Shown here: positions 40,504-49,728 of the stretch, one piece after another
Numbering within the stretch: the first letter of the stretch is position 1
Layout: each line of letters starts with the position of its first letter
DNA from: Candidatus Poribacteria bacterium
GTDB taxonomy: Bacteria; Poribacteria; WGA-4E; UBA9662
Direction of reading: 5' to 3'
NCBI GenBank assembly: GCA_036339735.1
Contig: JAYZAL010000005.1
Location: 1-64,000, forward strand
DNA length: 64,000 nt
The notes under the pieces: model-generated
What the model was told of the DNA's origin: nothing
Seen by the model: the letters and a program-made list of their open reading frames with translations, nothing else
Databases searched by the model: none
Translations under genes and position numbers: made by a program

Positions 40504-40948
40504 TCAACAGTTACTTACTTCCCAAGCAGGAATGACATGGCTTCAGTTCTTAGTATTACTGTTTATAACAATTTTTTTTCTTTCAATGTCTGTTCCATTA
40601 TGGCTAGAACAACGAAGAGTCACTCAAGCTGATGTGGACGTAGAAGTCATTTCTGAAGCTATCAAGAAGTATCATCGTCATACTAACCAATACCCCAAAT
40701 TTCTTGACGATTTGGTTTCAGATTCGGGGGTAGACGGGTGGCGTTATCCTTACTTAAACGAGATTCCAAAAACACCATGGAGAGGTACATATGTCTTAAT
40801 ACCCAAAATATACAAAGTTTGTATGGCAAACGATGGGAAAAATGTTTCGGAAAAATATCTTCTTGGTGGATCTTCGGAAATCAGTCGTGTGTATTTAGAG
40901 GGGCGGCAGGCAATACAATATTGGTGGCAAACCGGGTCTGTAGACTAG
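40472..40948 (+). CDS. Type II secretion GspG-like pseudopilin
   Basis: AG|MTWLQ prepilin-like site plus hydrophobic helix; AIKKYHRHTNQYP..LDDL...GWRYPYL...PKTPWRGTY resembles the GspG domain. Confidence 0.7.
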   Translation: MMLVADVRPTSQQLLTSQAGMTWLQFLVLLFITIFFLSMSVPLWLEQRRVTQADVDVEVISEAIKKYHRHTNQYPKFLDDLVSDSGVDGWRYPYLNEIPKTPWRGTYVLIPKIYKVCMANDGKNVSEKYLLGGSSEISRVYLEGRQAIQYWWQTGSVD

Positions 40949-42996
40949 AACTTTATGGTTAGTTCACCAGTCCAAGTTCTAGACTTGTTCTTACTTGCAA
41001 AGACCATGTAAGGGTCTCCAGAAGCATCAAAATAGCGTCGTGTCATATTGTGGCTGTTAAATGCAGGGTTGAAATCACTATATTGAACCCAGAGATTGAC
41101 GTTTCGAAAAATATCCCAATTAGCTCCTAGGGAAACTGATTTAGCGATCCCATCGTCTTCGTTTCTCTGGCGATTGATTTCTGGGTAAGCCCCTTTGTCT
41201 AACTTGTATGTGTATGCGTCTTTCCGCTCCGCATATAAATTAAGTTCTTTGTAGTTATAAGGATTCGGGTTAGTAATTAATTTTAAACTGGTCACCAGCG
41301 TATTATCCCAAGAATGAGAGTCAAAATCTGAAGCATCCTCGGCTCTTGTTGGAATATAGTAAAGTGAATCTTGCTCGCTGTATGTTGATACGTTTGCTAA
41401 CATGAAGTTAGTCCTTTCGGATAAGTCATAATTCCAGAATAGATTCGAACCACCACTGAATTGGCTTGAATCCTGTTTCAAGTCGGGTCTTAGATCCAAG
41501 TCTTCGTAGTCTTCAATGTAAGTGTTATCGTAGGTGTTAACATTTGTTTTGTACAGTGCGTTCATTTGCGACGCTTTGACAGTAAACCCCTGAATTGCAT
41601 ACTTCCGAATGGTCGATTCACTCTGATCCTTCATGTAAACGTGCCCTGTTTTATCCAAGGTCAGGAATGATAAATCGTGATAGTCGTGGCTCTGCTTATT
41701 AACTTGATAAATTACTCGGCCGCTATAACGCCCTTTGCTATCAAACTTTTGTATTCGGCTTATGATTCTATGGTAAATAGTGGCTCGGACAGCTGCTGCT
41801 TTTAAATCTTCAGCCGACTCTGCTTGATTTTCCATCTCATCTGCGAGCATAGTTGTCTCATAGAGCCTAAGGTACTCAGCTTCCTCAAGCAATCGCAGTC
41901 GCCGGTCTAACATACCTCCACCAGCAATATCATTAAGGGGTAAGTCAGGAAAGATAGAATTACGTCCCAGTAAGTCTCTTTCAGGATGTAACGGATCGGA
42001 CAATACGTCAGCCAATCCGACTCCAGCTGGAGAAACCAAAGACAGCGCCCCCCCAGCGGGCAAGCCACCCAAATGCCGCTTAAACTGACTCGCGTCTTTG
42101 ACTAGTACAGTTCCATCCATAAGAACTGCTAGTGTTGCCGGTTTGGTAAATTCCCCCTTACCGCGCCCTCGACGATTAATACCAACATTCCGCAGGAAAT
42201 TCCCATCAGAATCAAACTTTACTACTCGGTGATTGAGGGTATCAGCCACCCATACATTTCCTTCATTATCTACAGCTAGATCGCTAGCTTGCTTATCTAA
42301 TTCGCCATCTCCCCTCCCATAACCGGCAAAGGATATAATTTTTTCGCCTGTTGTGGAAAATTTGTGAATGAAGAAAGTCGGCACCGTTGATTTCCCTTTA
42401 TATGGATCTAGAACAAACAGCTGTCCCAGAAGATCAACGTCAATTCTCAACTCACGTTCGGAACCACTCAGCTTATATGCAAAAGCTGACTTGCCTTCGT
42501 TATCTACCATTAGCTTTACGGGTTGGGCAATCAAAGACCAAGGAGTCGAATCAACGGTGGTAATGTATAAGGTCTGTAAGTAAATACCATCAGAAGAAAA
42601 CTTATGAACACAAGGCGCATAACGATAAATTTTGGGATTTTCAGTCTCTGCTATGTGGTGAATGGTGGTGTCAGCGACAAAAATATTGTTTTCTTTGTCA
42701 ACCACGATATCATTCGGGTTGGTTAAAATAATACTACCACCTAAGGTCGTATTTGATATTTGGCTTTTATACTCCCCTTCAGCACTGAGAATATAAATCG
42801 TTTTGTGGATTTTGTCGCTCACATAAATTTGGCCATCGTACCCAAAGGCCAAATGTATCTGGTCGCTGAATCGACCACTGGTGTTACCTTTGCCACCAAA
42901 TTCAGATTCAAATTTAAGATAATTTAGAGCAGATAGAGGCTGTATCGTAAGCAGAAAAATCAAGACTGCCGGCACTAGATACCGTCTAGATTCCAT
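40945..42996 (-). CDS. NHL-repeat beta-propeller protein with a probable C-terminal outer-membrane beta-barrel
   Basis: Signal peptide; NHL repeats (DLAVDNEGNVWVADTLNHRVVKFDSDGNFL); C-terminus WTGELTIKF. Confidence 0.75.
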   Translation of the reverse strand: MESRRYLVPAVLIFLLTIQPLSALNYLKFESEFGGKGNTSGRFSDQIHLAFGYDGQIYVSDKIHKTIYILSAEGEYKSQISNTTLGGSIILTNPNDIVVDKENNIFVADTTIHHIAETENPKIYRYAPCVHKFSSDGIYLQTLYITTVDSTPWSLIAQPVKLMVDNEGKSAFAYKLSGSERELRIDVDLLGQLFVLDPYKGKSTVPTFFIHKFSTTGEKIISFAGYGRGDGELDKQASDLAVDNEGNVWVADTLNHRVVKFDSDGNFLRNVGINRRGRGKGEFTKPATLAVLMDGTVLVKDASQFKRHLGGLPAGGALSLVSPAGVGLADVLSDPLHPERDLLGRNSIFPDLPLNDIAGGGMLDRRLRLLEEAEYLRLYETTMLADEMENQAESAEDLKAAAVRATIYHRIISRIQKFDSKGRYSGRVIYQVNKQSHDYHDLSFLTLDKTGHVYMKDQSESTIRKYAIQGFTVKASQMNALYKTNVNTYDNTYIEDYEDLDLRPDLKQDSSQFSGGSNLFWNYDLSERTNFMLANVSTYSEQDSLYYIPTRAEDASDFDSHSWDNTLVTSLKLITNPNPYNYKELNLYAERKDAYTYKLDKGAYPEINRQRNEDDGIAKSVSLGANWDIFRNVNLWVQYSDFNPAFNSHNMTRRYFDASGDPYMVFASKNKSRTWTGELTIKF

Positions 42997-43067
42997 TATT
43001 CACACCCAAGATCATCGACATTCTAGCATCCGGATTTCTAAAAATCAAGGAACCAAAAGTTTAGCTT

Positions 43068-43272
43068 TTGACATAAAAACGAATGATATGTTATATTTCG
43101 CACTGTTTTGTATTTAGATAACGGAATTAGAATCACGTCTCCTGATCTGTTCTGGGGTCTTTCATCGTTTGAGTAATAGACTCAGTTTGGAAGTCAGATT
43201 CGGATTTGAGGGGGGCGGTCGCCTGTTGGTAATCCCCAGCAGAACAACCCATTTTGGATTGAGGAGTTTTTT
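43068..43272 (+). promoter_or_regulatory. rpsB promoter and structured 5' leader (candidate S2 autoregulatory element)
   Basis: TTGACA (43068) with extended -10 TGtTATATT; ~170-nt leader in which TGTTCTGGGG (43148-57) can pair with CCCCAG/AGAACA (43234-46); GGGT/ACCC pair; GAGGAG SD; TTG start. Confidence 0.55.
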
Positions 43273-44043
43273 TTGAACGTATCAATGAAAGAATTGCTAG
43301 AAGCTGGTGTTCACTTTGGCCACCAGATGAGGCGGTGGAACCCAAAAATGGCAAAGTATATCTTTGCTGAGCGTAATGGTATTTATATTGTAGATTTGCA
43401 GAAGACACTTCGCTTACTGGGAGTGGCATATGAATTTGTTCGTCAAACTGTCCAAAACGGTGGAAAAGTGCTGTTCGTTGGGACGAAGAAACAATCGCAA
43501 CAGGCTGTTGAGCAAGAGGCACTCCGTTGCCAGATGTTTTATGTAAACCAACGCTGGTTGGGAGGAACATTGACTAACTATGATACAATTTCCAAGAGTA
43601 TTGATCGCTTGAAGAAGCTGGAAACGGATGATGCTAACGGTATTTTAGACAATTTTGTAAAAAAAGAAGCTATGAAACTTCGTCGGCAGATGCAAAAACT
43701 GAATACCAACCTGTCTGGAATCAAGGAGATGGGGGGGTTACCTGACGCTGTAGTTATTACTGATACCAACAAAGAAGAAATTGCTGTTCTAGAAGCAAAA
43801 AAGTTGGGTATTCCGATAGTTGCCATTGTAGATACCAACTGCGATCCGGATTTAATTGATTACCCAATCCCAGGAAATGATGATGCGATTCGTTCCAATA
43901 ATTTGATTTGTCGTGCATTGGCTGACGCTGTCGTTGATGGTAGGGGTATTGCCACAGAAGGTCAAGATCATCCTGAATCCCAAGAATCCAATGAAGAATC
44001 CGGTGTGATTGAGCCAGAAGAAAACCAATCAGAAGAAGAATAA
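43273..44043 (+). CDS. rpsB: 30S ribosomal protein S2
   Basis: [34 protein letters not shown]. Confidence 0.99.
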   Translation: MNVSMKELLEAGVHFGHQMRRWNPKMAKYIFAERNGIYIVDLQKTLRLLGVAYEFVRQTVQNGGKVLFVGTKKQSQQAVEQEALRCQMFYVNQRWLGGTLTNYDTISKSIDRLKKLETDDANGILDNFVKKEAMKLRRQMQKLNTNLSGIKEMGGLPDAVVITDTNKEEIAVLEAKKLGIPIVAIVDTNCDPDLIDYPIPGNDDAIRSNNLICRALADAVVDGRGIATEGQDHPESQESNEESGVIEPEENQSEEE

Positions 44044-44099
44044 GCATTTTGTTGATATAAGAATTTGAGGCATAAAACCGACGGAGGCGTTCCAAAAAA

Positions 44100-44696
44100 A
44101 TGAAAATTACGGCAAAAATGGTTGGTGATCTGAGATCTAGAACCGGCGCAGGAATGATGGATTGCAAAAAAGCATTGACGGAAACCGATGGAGACGTCGA
44201 CCTTGCGATCCAGCTCTTACGTGAGAAAGGACTAAAAGCTTCAGAACTAAAAAGTTCTCGTCAAGCTTCAGAGGGTACGATCACTTCTTATATTCACCCT
44301 GGTAGTCGTGTTGGAGTCCTTGTTGAGATTAACTGCGAAACGGACTTTGTTGCTAGAACCGACGAATTTCAGGAGTTGGCCAAGAATATTGCTATGCAAA
44401 TTGCGGCATCAAAACCCAAATACCTCGACCGAGAAAGTGTACCCGCAGATGTCGTCGAGTCTGAGAAATCAATTTTAAAACAACAAGACGACATTCAGGG
44501 CAAACCAGAGCAAATCATTGAAAAAATCGTAGAAGGTCGAATCGACAAATTTTTTGCTGAAGTATGCTTGATTGAACAGTCATACATCAAAGATAATGAT
44601 AAAACGATTGCAGAAATCGTGAAAGAGGCTGTCGCAAAATTGGGTGAGAACATTGTTATTAATAGGTTTTCCCTTTTTGTGTTGGGACAAACCTAA
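44100..44696 (+). CDS. tsf: Elongation factor Ts (short form)
   Basis: LRSRTGAGMMDCKKAL, EINCETDFVA. Confidence 0.99.
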   Translation: MKITAKMVGDLRSRTGAGMMDCKKALTETDGDVDLAIQLLREKGLKASELKSSRQASEGTITSYIHPGSRVGVLVEINCETDFVARTDEFQELAKNIAMQIAASKPKYLDRESVPADVVESEKSILKQQDDIQGKPEQIIEKIVEGRIDKFFAEVCLIEQSYIKDNDKTIAEIVKEAVAKLGENIVINRFSLFVLGQT

Positions 44697-44765
44697 ACTT
44701 ATTCCTTTTCTATTCATTTCATTAGATATAGAAAAGGTTAATTATTCAAGTGTGAGGGGGGTGGC

Positions 44766-45323
44766 ATGCCAGACATAGTCGTTTTGGAAGCTGAAGAGCG
44801 CATGGAAAAATCGGTTTCCTCAATTGTGAAAGAATTTGGAAAGGTTCAGACTGGCCGAGCGTCTGCTTCTCTTCTGGATAACGTAAGTGTTGATTATTAT
44901 GGAGCAAAAAATCCAATTAACAAAGTAGCAACAATAACGACGCCTGAAGCACGCTTGATTGTTATTCAACCTTGGGATAAATCGATTATCAAAGATATTG
45001 AAAAGGCAATTGCCTCCTCAGATTTGGGGTTAAACCCAAACAGCGATGGAACTTTGATTCGTATTGGTATTCCAGAGTTGACTACGGAGCGTCGTCAGCA
45101 ATTGACTAAAGTTGTATCTAACATTGCTGAGGATGGTCGAGTGTCAATCCGTAACATCCGTCGTGATGCTAATGAAAACCTAAAAAAAATGGAAAAAGAT
45201 AAGAGTATTTCGGAGGATGACCTTCATGGATACATGGGAGATATCCAAGATTTAACGGACCAACATATCGAACAAATCAATCAGCAACTCCAGAAAAAAG
45301 AACAAGAGCTTTTGGAAATTTAG
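44766..45323 (+). CDS. frr: Ribosome recycling factor
   Basis: TGRAS, VDYYG, IQPWDKS, RVSIRNIRRDAN. Confidence 0.99.
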   Translation: MPDIVVLEAEERMEKSVSSIVKEFGKVQTGRASASLLDNVSVDYYGAKNPINKVATITTPEARLIVIQPWDKSIIKDIEKAIASSDLGLNPNSDGTLIRIGIPELTTERRQQLTKVVSNIAEDGRVSIRNIRRDANENLKKMEKDKSISEDDLHGYMGDIQDLTDQHIEQINQQLQKKEQELLEI

Positions 45324-45339
45324 CCGATTTTAGTAGGCG

Positions 45340-46191
45340 ATGCAGTTTATGCTACTGCGCATCCTGAGCTCCCTAGTTTTAATTCCACTCACCATTCTCG
45401 TTATTTGGCAAGGTGGTTTTCTGTGTGTGCTGGCAACTGTCTGTTTGGTTGTTGTTACGTCGTTGGAAATGTGCCAACTGACGGAATCCATTGGTGCTAA
45501 ATTCAGCCGACTGTTGACTGTTTTTTGCAGTCTGCTCATTTGCTTACCATCTGTACTTGCATACCTTCCAAATTTTGAATATCCCAATTGGTTTTCTGCT
45601 GAGCCAGTTATCTTTCTCGTTTTATTGCTTAGTTTCTGTTATCAAATACAACAAGGGCAGTCTGATTTTTTTCCGCCATCCGCTAATTTCATTAACGTTG
45701 CATATATAGGGTGGGGGTTCGGCTACCATATACTTAGATTGCGGCAAGTAGGTGGCCAGAAATCTTTTTTTGGCTTTTGTTTAGTACTTTTTCTCTTAGG
45801 CGTAATTTGGACCGGGGATACACTAGCTTACCTAATCGGCAAGCTAGTTGGCCGTCACAAGTTACGGCCAGATATTAGTCCAGGAAAAACAATTGAGGGC
45901 ACAATAGCAGGTCTAGGAGGTAATATTCTAGCTGGTATTGCTATCTGGCACTTTCTATTGGTTGACCAAGTTCCCATGATGACTTTATCTCTAACATTAA
46001 TTATATCATTACTTATTGGTATAACTAGTCAGCTGAGTGATCTGAGTGAATCAATTATGAAGAGATGTGCGGGCGTTAAAGATTCTGGACACCTTATCCC
46101 AGGACACGGGGGGCTTTTGGATAGACTAGATAGTATGATGTTTGCAACCCCTACTTTTTATTATAGTCTAGAATTATTTCAGCTAATATGA
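45340..46191 (+). CDS. cdsA: Phosphatidate cytidylyltransferase
   Basis: ISPGKTIEG, KDSGHLIPGHGGLLDRLDS. Confidence 0.97.
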   Translation: MQFMLLRILSSLVLIPLTILVIWQGGFLCVLATVCLVVVTSLEMCQLTESIGAKFSRLLTVFCSLLICLPSVLAYLPNFEYPNWFSAEPVIFLVLLLSFCYQIQQGQSDFFPPSANFINVAYIGWGFGYHILRLRQVGGQKSFFGFCLVLFLLGVIWTGDTLAYLIGKLVGRHKLRPDISPGKTIEGTIAGLGGNILAGIAIWHFLLVDQVPMMTLSLTLIISLLIGITSQLSDLSESIMKRCAGVKDSGHLIPGHGGLLDRLDSMMFATPTFYYSLELFQLI

Positions 46192-47369
46192 AGCGTATAG
46201 TGATACTAGGTTCAACTGGTTCAGTTGGTCAGAACGCCCTGTCAGTGGTAGCTGCACATCCTGATGAGTTTGAAATTGTAGGACTTTCTACGAATCAATC
46301 AATTGAAAAACTAGAAACGCAAATACAACAATTTAGGCCTAGGGTCGTAGCCGTAGCGAATCCCTGTTCGGCAAAACAATTGAACGATAAACTGAAAGAT
46401 ACGATTGATCTAGATATTCTGGTTGGCCAGGATGGGATAATTGCTCTAGCTGAAATGACAGATGCTGATCTGATTCTCGAGGGGATGGGTGGGAGTATTG
46501 GGTTAATACCAACTTTGTCCGCAATAAAAGCTGGAAATGACTTGGCTTTTGTTAACAAAGAAGTTTTAGTAATGGGTGGTTCACTTGTATTGGAAGCAGC
46601 TAAGAAAAATAACGTTCAGCTATTACCCGTAGATAGTGAGATTAGTGCAGTGTTTCAATGTTTACAAACCTCTTTGAAAAACGATGAAATACCATGTAAA
46701 GAAGAAATTAACCGACTGATTCTTACCGCATCGGGTGGGCCATTTCGTGATACTCCACTTTCAGAACTATCTCACGTAACCCAAGAGCAGGCTCTAAAAC
46801 ACCCAAACTGGAATATGGGCAAGAAAATCACTATTGATTCAGCAACCATGATGAACAAAGGTTTAGAAGTTATCGAAGCAAAGCTTTTTTTCGACCTTGA
46901 ATTATCCCAAGTTGAGGTTTTGATTCATGCTGAAAGCATTATTCATTCTATGGTTGAATTCATTGATGGATCGATATTAGCTCAGTTGGGAGTAGCAGAC
47001 ATGCGAGTGCCAATTCAGTATGCTCTCACTTATCCTAAACGCTTACCGAACCCAGCACCAAGACTGGATTTTTCCCAGATTCAAGAATTACACTTCGCTC
47101 AACCTGACTTTAGTCGCTTCCCTTGTTTAAAACATGCATATACTGCGGCTGAGGTCGGGGGCACTTTACCTGCTGTTCTTAGCATAGCCGATGAGGTAGC
47201 TGTAGATGCATTTCTAAAACGCAAAATCAGCTTTGTTGATATTCCACGAGTCTTGGATCAGGTTTTGAATGCTCACATTGTTACCCATGAACCATCTTTG
47301 GATGATATTCTCACATCAGTTCACTGGGCCGAAATAACTACCAAAGAAAAAATATCACACGTAACATAA
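46188..47369 (+). CDS. dxr: 1-deoxy-D-xylulose 5-phosphate reductoisomerase
   Basis: ILGSTGSVG, LPVDSE, LTASGGPF, HPNWNMGKKITIDSATMMNKGLE. Confidence 0.98.
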   Translation: MKRIVILGSTGSVGQNALSVVAAHPDEFEIVGLSTNQSIEKLETQIQQFRPRVVAVANPCSAKQLNDKLKDTIDLDILVGQDGIIALAEMTDADLILEGMGGSIGLIPTLSAIKAGNDLAFVNKEVLVMGGSLVLEAAKKNNVQLLPVDSEISAVFQCLQTSLKNDEIPCKEEINRLILTASGGPFRDTPLSELSHVTQEQALKHPNWNMGKKITIDSATMMNKGLEVIEAKLFFDLELSQVEVLIHAESIIHSMVEFIDGSILAQLGVADMRVPIQYALTYPKRLPNPAPRLDFSQIQELHFAQPDFSRFPCLKHAYTAAEVGGTLPAVLSIADEVAVDAFLKRKISFVDIPRVLDQVLNAHIVTHEPSLDDILTSVHWAEITTKEKISHVT

Positions 47370-47387
47370 CCGCTCAGTAGGAGAATT

Positions 47388-48977
47388 ATGAGTTTTCTGG
47401 ACATAGCCCAATTGATACAAGCTTTGCTGGCCTTCGGGTTGTTGATTTTCGTTCACGAACTTGGCCACTTTATTGCAGCTTTGTACTGTGGCATAACTGT
47501 CGAAAAATTCTCGATTGGTTTTGGTCCTCGTTTAATTGGATTTACCAAGAACGATATAGAGTATTGTATTTCTATTATCCCTTTTGGTGGGTATGTGAAA
47601 ATGGCAGGAGAAGATCCAACTGAAAGAGACGAAGAGGAAGAAAAAACAGTTTCAACTGAAGGAAACCCAACAGGTGAATTTCATACAGCTCCTGTTAGGC
47701 ATCGAATCTTGGTTGCCATTGCAGGTCCATTAGTTAACTTAGCCTTCGGTCTTATCTTATATAGCTTTATGTTCATGGTTTGGGGCGAAGAAACAGTAGG
47801 TTCAATGAAATCTACGAGGATTGGACATATCCAAGTTAATAGTGCAGCAGAAGCCGCGGACTTGAAAGTTGGAGACAAGATTGTTTCTGTTGATGGCAAA
47901 AAAGTTAGAAATTGGTCTGAATTGACTGAGACTATTATGCTAACCCCACCGAATAATAGAATTGAACTGAACTTGATACGAGAAGGGCGAACAATAATTA
48001 CTTCTGCTACGACAAAATCACGGAAAATTGGATCTAGAACAGTTAGCCAGCTTGGTATTTTGCCTTACCAAACTTTATTTGTATCGGGCCCTTCCCAAAT
48101 TAGTGGGCTACAAGACCAGGATCAAATTATTGCCATCGATGGCCAAGAAATTCATTCCCAAGTGGCTTTTAACACGAAATCACAAAAAGGCCCCGTTGAC
48201 CTTACAATTGAGAGAGATGGGAAGCCATTCACAATTAAAAATGTTCTAGTAAATTGGCATTTTCAGATCAGCGGCATACCAAAAGGAAACACCTCTGGCA
48301 AATTTGAATCTGGTGATAAAATCCTAAAAATCAACGAGGAACCAATTTCTGCAGCTAATTTGAATGAATTGTTTCAAGAGTTGGATAATTTTGCTCGTAA
48401 TAACAATGGTTTGCCAGTCAGTTTTCAATTAGAAAAAAATGACCAACAGCCAACTAATGCAGAAATAAAACCGGCAATTCGGAATGGACGATCCAAAGAT
48501 AACTCAGAAATAGACTGGCATGGTTTAGGCATTAGGCATACTTACACGAATTTGGTCTGTAGAGAAAATGTAGAAACAATTAGTTATAACTTTTTTACTG
48601 GGTGGAAACGGGGCGCTGAAGAAAGCGTAGAGGCTATATACCGGACGTTCAACGTAGTCCAAAAGTTATTTACACAAACTAACACTATTGGTCTAGTTAG
48701 TGGCCCTGTCGGAATCTTAAGAATTATTACCAAACAGTCTGGACCTTCCTTAGTTTTTTTGATTGCGTTTATTAGTATTAATTTAGCTATTGTCAACTTA
48801 TTGCCTTTAGCAATTACTGATGGTGGCCAAATTCTACTGTTTCTGATAGAAGCCATTCGAGGTAAACCAATAAAGCTAAAATATCAAGTTGGTATCCAGA
48901 CAGTGGCTGTTGTACTTCTAATTTTACTAGCAGTCTATATTACTATAAACGATGTTAGAGATTTATTTAGTGGTTAA
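47388..48977 (+). CDS. rseP: RIP metalloprotease RseP (site-2 protease with several PDZ domains)
   Basis: HELGH, FSIGFG, AGPLVN, NLLPLAITDGG. Confidence 0.95.
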   Translation: MSFLDIAQLIQALLAFGLLIFVHELGHFIAALYCGITVEKFSIGFGPRLIGFTKNDIEYCISIIPFGGYVKMAGEDPTERDEEEEKTVSTEGNPTGEFHTAPVRHRILVAIAGPLVNLAFGLILYSFMFMVWGEETVGSMKSTRIGHIQVNSAAEAADLKVGDKIVSVDGKKVRNWSELTETIMLTPPNNRIELNLIREGRTIITSATTKSRKIGSRTVSQLGILPYQTLFVSGPSQISGLQDQDQIIAIDGQEIHSQVAFNTKSQKGPVDLTIERDGKPFTIKNVLVNWHFQISGIPKGNTSGKFESGDKILKINEEPISAANLNELFQELDNFARNNNGLPVSFQLEKNDQQPTNAEIKPAIRNGRSKDNSEIDWHGLGIRHTYTNLVCRENVETISYNFFTGWKRGAEESVEAIYRTFNVVQKLFTQTNTIGLVSGPVGILRIITKQSGPSLVFLIAFISINLAIVNLLPLAITDGGQILLFLIEAIRGKPIKLKYQVGIQTVAVVLLILLAVYITINDVRDLFSG

Positions 48978-48998
48978 ACTAAACATGTCATTGAATCA

Positions 48999-49727
48999 GT
49001 GAATATACGTCGACAGTTAGCCCAAATCGTTACTACAACAAGAGAATATATCGAAGAACAAGTGCAACTTGGCTTTTTGGATATAGATGAGGAGACCAAG
49101 GGCACTGTAGACCAACAAAATTTCTTTCAGGACAATGACTTAAAGACTCGGGAACCTCTTTATACAGGCCTTAATCTGGAAAATTTGAAAATGGAGGCAC
49201 TCGATTGTCACAAATGTCAACTTGATCAATCTAGAACCCATGTGGTTTTTGGGATTGGAAACCAAAAAGCTGATTTGATGTTTGTAGGTGAAGCCCCTGG
49301 AGCAGAGGAAGATCGAACAGGTAAACCCTTCGTTGGTCGAGCTGGCCAACTACTAACCAAAATCATTCAGTCGATCGGTTTGACTCGAGATGATGTCTAC
49401 ATAGCTAATGTCCTGAAATGTCGTCCACCCAGTAACCGAAACCCAAAACTTAATGAAATTGAACAATGTGAACCCTATCTACTTAGGCAAATAGAGCTAA
49501 TTAAACCAAAAGTTATCTGTGCTCTGGGTACTTTTGCTGCACAAATCCTATTAAGAACAGACGAACGGATCTCTAAGCTACGTGGTGATTTTTACAGTTA
49601 TCATGGCACCAAAGTAATGCCAACATATCATCCGGCTTATCTACTGAGGAATCCCGAAAATAAACGCCAAGTTTGGGAAGATATCCAGAAAGTGATGGCA
49701 GAATTAAGATTATCAATCCCAGACTGA
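48999..49727 (+). CDS. udg: Uracil-DNA glycosylase family 4
   Basis: [24 protein letters not shown]. Confidence 0.93.
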   Translation: MNIRRQLAQIVTTTREYIEEQVQLGFLDIDEETKGTVDQQNFFQDNDLKTREPLYTGLNLENLKMEALDCHKCQLDQSRTHVVFGIGNQKADLMFVGEAPGAEEDRTGKPFVGRAGQLLTKIIQSIGLTRDDVYIANVLKCRPPSNRNPKLNEIEQCEPYLLRQIELIKPKVICALGTFAAQILLRTDERISKLRGDFYSYHGTKVMPTYHPAYLLRNPENKRQVWEDIQKVMAELRLSIPD

Positions 49728-49728
49728 A

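Noticed and set aside
43133-44167. Minus-strand ORFs over rpsB and tsf
   Set aside because: Antisense shadows of highly conserved genes.
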